A stretch of 64,000 nt of DNA, taken from the UHGV virus genome UHGV-0049167; one strand, 5' to 3'. A model generated the notes under the pieces. The model saw nothing but the letters and a program-made list of their open reading frames with translations. It was not told the DNA's origin and did no database searches. The translations under genes and the position numbers were made by a program. Position 1 is the first letter of the stretch. Every line of letters starts with the position of its first letter. Below, piece by piece: positions 59,553 through 64,000 of this stretch. The stretch comes from a virus.

Positions 59553-60506
59553 ATGGAAAGAACTTATGTTTTTAACAGTGACGGCAACTCCGGAGGCGCG
59601 CGTTATGACATCAATGCTATGCTTCCCGGAATGCTGAATAGGGGAATTGACCCTGGTGTGCTGGCACTGATGAATGGCAACGGTGGCTTCGGTGGGCAAA
59701 ACGGAATCTGGGGAGTGATTTATCTTGCAATCGTTGCAAGTATCTTCGGGTGGAACAACGGAGGCTTCGGAGGTTTCGGCTCACGTGGCGGCAACGGACT
59801 GCCAGCGGAACTCGCAGGCAACGCGGGACGCGAACTGCTGATGCAAGCAATCCAAGGCAACGCGAGTGCAATCAACCAAATCGCGTCAACGCTCAACTGC
59901 TCGAGCCAGCAAATCGAGAGTGCACTGTGCAACATCCAGAACAGCATTGGACTGACCGGAACACAGATTATCAACGCCATTCAGAGCGGTGACAACGGTA
60001 TCGTAAACCAGCTGTCAACCTGCTGCTGCAACATCCTTCAGGCAGTGGAGCGTCAGGGCTACGAAAGCCGCCTGGCAACATGCGAGCAGACGCACACGCT
60101 CGTAGACACCGCGAACAACAACGCCCTCTCGCTCCGTGACGGCGCAACGGCCAACACCAACGCCATACTCGCGAAGCTCGACGCGATGCAGAACCAGGCG
60201 CTGCAGGACAAAATCGCAGCCCTCACGGCAGAGAAGGCAACGCTCCAGAGCGAAATCTCACAGCGCAACCAGAACGCCACTATCCTCAACGCCGTAGGCC
60301 AGCAAATCGCACCTTTGGCAGCAGGACTGCAGACACTCCAGAGCGACGTCGACGGTATCAAATGCAAGTTGCCCAACACCGTACCTGTACAATGGCCTAA
60401 TATAGTCGGTGTAAACACAGACTTATACAAGGCTGCCGCAGTGGGTGCCGCCGCAGGCCAGTACGCAGGTTATGGATGCGGATACACGCCGACGTTTTGG
60501 AACTAA
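59553..60506 (+). CDS. Gly-rich / Gln-Asn-rich coiled-coil protein with hydrophobic helix and Cys triplet
   Basis: 317 aa; GGFGG repeats flanking IWGVIYLAIVASIFGW; STCCCNILQ; visibly GC-richer than neighbours. Confidence 0.5.
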   Translation: MERTYVFNSDGNSGGARYDINAMLPGMLNRGIDPGVLALMNGNGGFGGQNGIWGVIYLAIVASIFGWNNGGFGGFGSRGGNGLPAELAGNAGRELLMQAIQGNASAINQIASTLNCSSQQIESALCNIQNSIGLTGTQIINAIQSGDNGIVNQLSTCCCNILQAVERQGYESRLATCEQTHTLVDTANNNALSLRDGATANTNAILAKLDAMQNQALQDKIAALTAEKATLQSEISQRNQNATILNAVGQQIAPLAAGLQTLQSDVDGIKCKLPNTVPVQWPNIVGVNTDLYKAAAVGAAAGQYAGYGCGYTPTFWN

Positions 60507-60525
60507 GCAAGGAAAGGAGGCTACC

Positions 60526-60951
60526 ATGTGGGAATTTTTCTTAGGACTTCCTTTCAACTTCCCCGCGCTCGGGCGAAACAACTACAACACCATACCGAGC
60601 GCAGGGGTCACCGTCGGCACCGACGCGGTTACGATAGAACTGCCCGCGCACTCGCTCTACAGGCGCAACTACGTAGGCTCGTTCTACCTCAACCTACGCA
60701 CGGCCATCCCTACGGGAACGACCACAACGCTGCCCGTCAACATCAGCTCCAACGGAGTGTCGCTCCCCCTTATGGAAACCGAGGGCACGCCAGTGACGGT
60801 GGCCAACATCACCGGGGCGGGCATCTACGAAATCCACTACAACCGCTACACCAACGAGCTGTATCTCGTGAACGCAGGTTACAGACAGGCTGCTGCTGCG
60901 GCAGCTACACAGGAAGCGGCTACGGCAGACTTTGACAAATTCAGAAAATAA
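60526..60951 (+). CDS. hypothetical protein (GC-richer gene)
   Basis: Internal ATG preceded by AAGGAGG; 141 aa. Confidence 0.45.
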   Translation: MWEFFLGLPFNFPALGRNNYNTIPSAGVTVGTDAVTIELPAHSLYRRNYVGSFYLNLRTAIPTGTTTTLPVNISSNGVSLPLMETEGTPVTVANITGAGIYEIHYNRYTNELYLVNAGYRQAAAAAATQEAATADFDKFRK

Positions 60952-60972
60952 CAATATTAAAGCAACACAAGG

Positions 60973-61503
60973 ATGTTTCAGAATCTACGAGAAAATTCGC
61001 AGTTGTTCATACTGCATAAGGACGGCAATCCATATTTAGAATATGGTACAGTGTCAAGCGTTACAGCTCCCAAGCCAAAATATCCGGTGTCTCCGGCTCC
61101 TATGGGGACATTCCCGCAGATGGAGATGGTGGTGGACATTATGGTGAACATAGGCGGGCAGGTAGTCCCGCTTAAGGACTTGAAAGCTAACGCCGACATA
61201 GACGACAACGGTACGGTAGTGGTATCATGCTCAAAAGACGCGATTAACAGTGAGGTGTCCATGATGAGACAAAAGAGTATGGATATTCTTAGCAGTACAG
61301 ATTATCACAAGAATGTCATGGCATGCTGTGACAAGATGCTGAATGACCTTAATCCTGAAATAGCTGCCAAGCGTAAGCAGGATGAAGAGATTAGAGGCAT
61401 GAAGGAGCAGATGAATACCATAGTGAAAAGTATGAATATGCTTGCCGAGCAGAACAGGCAGCTGATGGAACAGCTCGGAGTTTCTGATACATCGCAAAAA
61501 TAA
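60973..61503 (+). CDS. hypothetical protein
   Basis: 176-aa ORF. Confidence 0.45.
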   Translation: MFQNLRENSQLFILHKDGNPYLEYGTVSSVTAPKPKYPVSPAPMGTFPQMEMVVDIMVNIGGQVVPLKDLKANADIDDNGTVVVSCSKDAINSEVSMMRQKSMDILSSTDYHKNVMACCDKMLNDLNPEIAAKRKQDEEIRGMKEQMNTIVKSMNMLAEQNRQLMEQLGVSDTSQK

Positions 61504-61510
61504 ATAAACT

Positions 61511-61798
61511 ATGGGAATGTGGACAATAATGGAGGAAGGACGTGACGGATACGGTCGCGACTTCGGAATGAGAGGCGGTGAGTCTGAACAGGCCTACAGA
61601 CAGGGATTTGAGGATGGCTGCCGCCACGGTTACAAGAAGGCAATGATGGAGGCTCATGAAGATATAGGCTTCCGTAACGGACGTTCTTATGGCGGTGGGT
61701 CATACGGCAATCGTATGTCGGGCTACCAGCCCGAGGATACGTGGTCTGATGACATGGGCGAACGCCGTCATCGTAGGGCTAACGGACAGTTCTATTAA
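61511..61798 (+). CDS. hypothetical Gly/Arg-rich protein
   Basis: 95-aa ORF. Confidence 0.4.
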   Translation: MGMWTIMEEGRDGYGRDFGMRGGESEQAYRQGFEDGCRHGYKKAMMEAHEDIGFRNGRSYGGGSYGNRMSGYQPEDTWSDDMGERRHRRANGQFY

Positions 61799-61859
61799 AA
61801 AACAGGACGAAGAGTGAGGAAATGAAATCTTCACTCTTCATTTTTCATTCTTAAAATAA

Positions 61860-62282
61860 ATGATTATGCAAAGACTTGACACATATGATGAGATGCCGGA
61901 AGGAATGAGGCGATATCTATCTCAGTACGGATGGCATTTTTCAAAAAAACTCTGTGAATGTGCCATAAAAGACATGCGCACACTCAACAAGGTCACAGGC
62001 AAGAAAGAGCCGATGGAGATTATTTCCAAGGAAACAGTGGAAGATCTGTTGAAAAAATATAACTTGAATGTTGATAATTGTAAGGGTTATGATGCCGTCT
62101 ACGTATGGCATATGGCAAAGGCGGATTATTTTAAAAGCTCTGTTGTTGACGAGGCTCATCTGGCGTTGTTCGTGAAAGATTATCTGGACGATACCGATGG
62201 TTACGACGGCGTGGCTCTTACACGCTATCTTGCTGACTGTATCGGAAACGGGACTCCTGTCGAATGGGAAGATGTATTATGA
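61860..62282 (+). CDS. hypothetical protein
   Basis: 140-aa ORF. Confidence 0.4.
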   Translation: MIMQRLDTYDEMPEGMRRYLSQYGWHFSKKLCECAIKDMRTLNKVTGKKEPMEIISKETVEDLLKKYNLNVDNCKGYDAVYVWHMAKADYFKSSVVDEAHLALFVKDYLDDTDGYDGVALTRYLADCIGNGTPVEWEDVL

Positions 62283-62707
62283 TTGTACAGGATTTCGGTT
62301 TGCCAGACTATGACTGGAGGATTAGGGTATACTATGCTGTGACGACTTATTGGACAGATGTCATAGTTAATGACCTCATGCGTATCGGTTGTGGGGGATG
62401 TGAGTTGCGTGATGCTTATATGAGTCTCAGACGCGGAGAACTTGATACCGAACTTACATATTCCAACCGAAGCACGCATGAGAGCATCATGGTTATCGGT
62501 CTAACATCATCAGCCGCGCAGTTCCAGAACTCACTCGACCATGAGAAAGGGCATCTCATCAAACATATATCTGTCGCCTTCGGTCTTGACCCTTATGGTG
62601 AAGAGCAACAGTATTTAAGCGGGGAAATAGGGCAGAGGATGTTTCCCGTTGCCCGGAAGTTCCTTTGTGAGCATTGCAGGAGAAAACTTTATGAAGAAAG
62701 ATATTGA
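62279..62707 (+). CDS. hypothetical protein with HExxH-like motif (DHEKGHLIKH)
   Basis: Internal ATG in ATGA overlap with previous gene. Confidence 0.4.
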   Translation: MIVQDFGLPDYDWRIRVYYAVTTYWTDVIVNDLMRIGCGGCELRDAYMSLRRGELDTELTYSNRSTHESIMVIGLTSSAAQFQNSLDHEKGHLIKHISVAFGLDPYGEEQQYLSGEIGQRMFPVARKFLCEHCRRKLYEERY

Positions 62708-62811
62708 CATATTGATAGAAAAAGCGGACGGCATGAAGTACTGCGACTTCTGCCGCTTGCTCTTCGTCCTCTATTGGAACTTAGGTACGGAATAAGAGGA
62801 TTTCCCTAAAA

Positions 62812-63336
62812 TTACAATCCCTTTCTCCTCCCATACTCACATATCAGCAAGGCGTCGCACTTGTTGTCGTCATCGTCCTTGCATCTCTCTGTCCTACGGA
62901 AGTCTATGCGGGGGAAAAGACGCTTTCCCGCGTTCAGCGAGGTTTTTTTTGTATCAATCCTCCTGAGGGTCTTCCCGTTTGTACATTTCGACTTATACTC
63001 CTTATCTTGATTAATCCATATCTCACCCTGCCATATCTTAGGCTGAACAAGATGGTATGGAATACCCAATGCTGTAAGAATCCCTATAAGTATTCCATTG
63101 ATTTTTCCAAATGCGAATGTAGATTTTGCAGACGAGCCTAATATTGCATGTACTTCTTCCATACAGCATACGACGTTACAGTCGCTTGCAAAAATTATAC
63201 CTTTAAGAAAGTCCACAATCTTTGCATATCCGGCATCCTTTATCGAAAGGAAGTCTTTCATCCCGTTCGCATACATTACGGCTATGAACCCTGCACTTCC
63301 AGGGTCTATCCCTATATAAACTCTTCCGCTATCCAT
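62812..63336 (-). CDS. RuvC-like Holliday junction resolvase
   Basis: N-terminal VYIGIDPGSAGFIAV resembles RuvC motif; 174 aa. Confidence 0.6.
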   Translation of the reverse strand: MDSGRVYIGIDPGSAGFIAVMYANGMKDFLSIKDAGYAKIVDFLKGIIFASDCNVVCCMEEVHAILGSSAKSTFAFGKINGILIGILTALGIPYHLVQPKIWQGEIWINQDKEYKSKCTNGKTLRRIDTKKTSLNAGKRLFPRIDFRRTERCKDDDDNKCDALLICEYGRRKGL

Positions 63337-63365
63337 TCGTCAGTATTTTGTGTTGTATAGTGTTT

Positions 63366-63830
63366 TTACAGTGTATTCTGCTCATTGACCTCATTTTTCT
63401 TATTATTCCCGTCAGCCTTGCCTTTATCGACCTTAATCTCAACAAACTCTCCTTTTCCGAGCCTCGCCCTGTTTATGCAATCGCCAATCCATTGCAACAG
63501 GTAAGACAAATGTTCGTTGTGCCCTCCATATTCTCGTGCCAATGGCAATACGTTCATAAAAGCGTCAAATACGTGTGAAGCCTCATGGCAGATATTACCC
63601 ATTGTCATGTTTGTCTTGCCTTTGAAAACCACCAGTTCGCCATACTTGCCGTCCGCTTTCGAACATACTTCTGTAAAAGTCGTTGCAAAACAGTCCTTGT
63701 CATCCCATTTAATCTCATCTCCGTCATGCTCCGTGAAGCAACTCTGTATCTCCGCCCCTGTGGCCTGTGGCATCACCCACAGCTTTCTCGGATATATCAC
63801 CGGGTCGTATTCATAATAGCCTTTCTTCAT
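63366..63830 (-). CDS. hypothetical protein
   Basis: Internal ATG start MKKGYYEY (track start is GTG). Confidence 0.45.
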   Translation of the reverse strand: MKKGYYEYDPVIYPRKLWVMPQATGAEIQSCFTEHDGDEIKWDDKDCFATTFTEVCSKADGKYGELVVFKGKTNMTMGNICHEASHVFDAFMNVLPLAREYGGHNEHLSYLLQWIGDCINRARLGKGEFVEIKVDKGKADGNNKKNEVNEQNTL

Positions 63831-64000
63831 ACTTTTTCCTTTACACACCACTTAAATTTGTTCCATAATCCTTCTTTCATAAGCAATATCATTTGTTTGT
63901 CGTTTGTTTCCCTATATGATACATCGAACATACCTTGCATTGGTAAATCCCATACCCTTGCAGCCCCTTGGCCTCTATAAACGCCTCGGCCTCGTCCTTG
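63827..64000 (-). CDS. C-terminal fragment of a gene entering from beyond window end
   Basis: Minus-strand frame open from window edge to TGA at 63827-63829 in ATGA overlap with next gene. Confidence 0.25.
   Translation of the reverse strand, partial: QGRGRGVYRGQGAARVWDLPMQGMFDVSYRETNDKQMILLMKEGLWNKFKWCVKEKV

Larger units (their letters stand above)
8957..64000. mobile_element. tailed bacteriophage / prophage region (early, accessory, late structural and lysis modules); integrase and ends not seen in window
   Basis: Contiguous RecT, replication, terminase, portal-like, capsid, tape measure, holin/amidase genes; left boundary is arbitrary. Confidence 0.8.

Noticed and set aside
1-64000. tRNA, rRNA, tmRNA or integrase genes
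   Set aside because: No T-loop-like GTTCGAATC-type motifs, rRNA-like conserved stretches or tyrosine/serine recombinase motifs were recognised by eye; a dedicated tool would be needed to be certain

Overview
The window is dominated by a tailed-phage genome or prophage (siphovirus-like, judging by a 1915-aa tape measure protein). No integrase, tRNA, rRNA or CRISPR array was recognised, so the element boundaries are probably outside the window. All function calls come from reading motifs in the translated ORFs by eye; no database search, HMM scan or composition statistic was run. Layout: (1) 1-8.9 kb, regulatory/accessory region: XRE-type regulator with membrane proteins, lipoprotein plus GspS-family ligase, three small paralogous proteins, small HTH proteins, an HExxH protein, an SPFH lipoprotein, and a ~500-nt non-coding stretch. 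(2) 8.9-23.4 kb, plus-strand early module: RecT, a PD-(D/E)XK nuclease fused to an FtsK-like ATPase, VRR-NUC nuclease, replication initiator with iteron-like repeats, DnaC-like loader, HNH endonuclease, PAPS-reductase-family protein, many small ORFs. (3) 23.4-28.8 kb, accessory cargo: HipA-like kinase plus HIRAN-domain protein, MazG-like protein, and a minus-strand cassette of an unknown protein with an HTH-ImmA/IrrE fusion. (4) 29-47.4 kb, minus-strand late operon: large terminase, TerS-like protein, portal-like protein, a giant 2720-aa collagen-repeat protein, tail/fibre-like proteins, holin-like proteins, amidase endolysin. (5) 47.5-59 kb, plus-strand head/tail operon: scaffold-like, capsid, tail tube, chaperones, tape measure. 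(6) 59-64 kb: a GC-richer gene pair, small genes and a RuvC-like resolvase. Many genes overlap by ATGA and several are preceded by AGGAGG-like ribosome-binding sites. The best candidates for an undescribed system are the HipA-like/HIRAN pair, the unknown + HTH-ImmA cassette, and the nuclease-FtsK fusion next to RecT.
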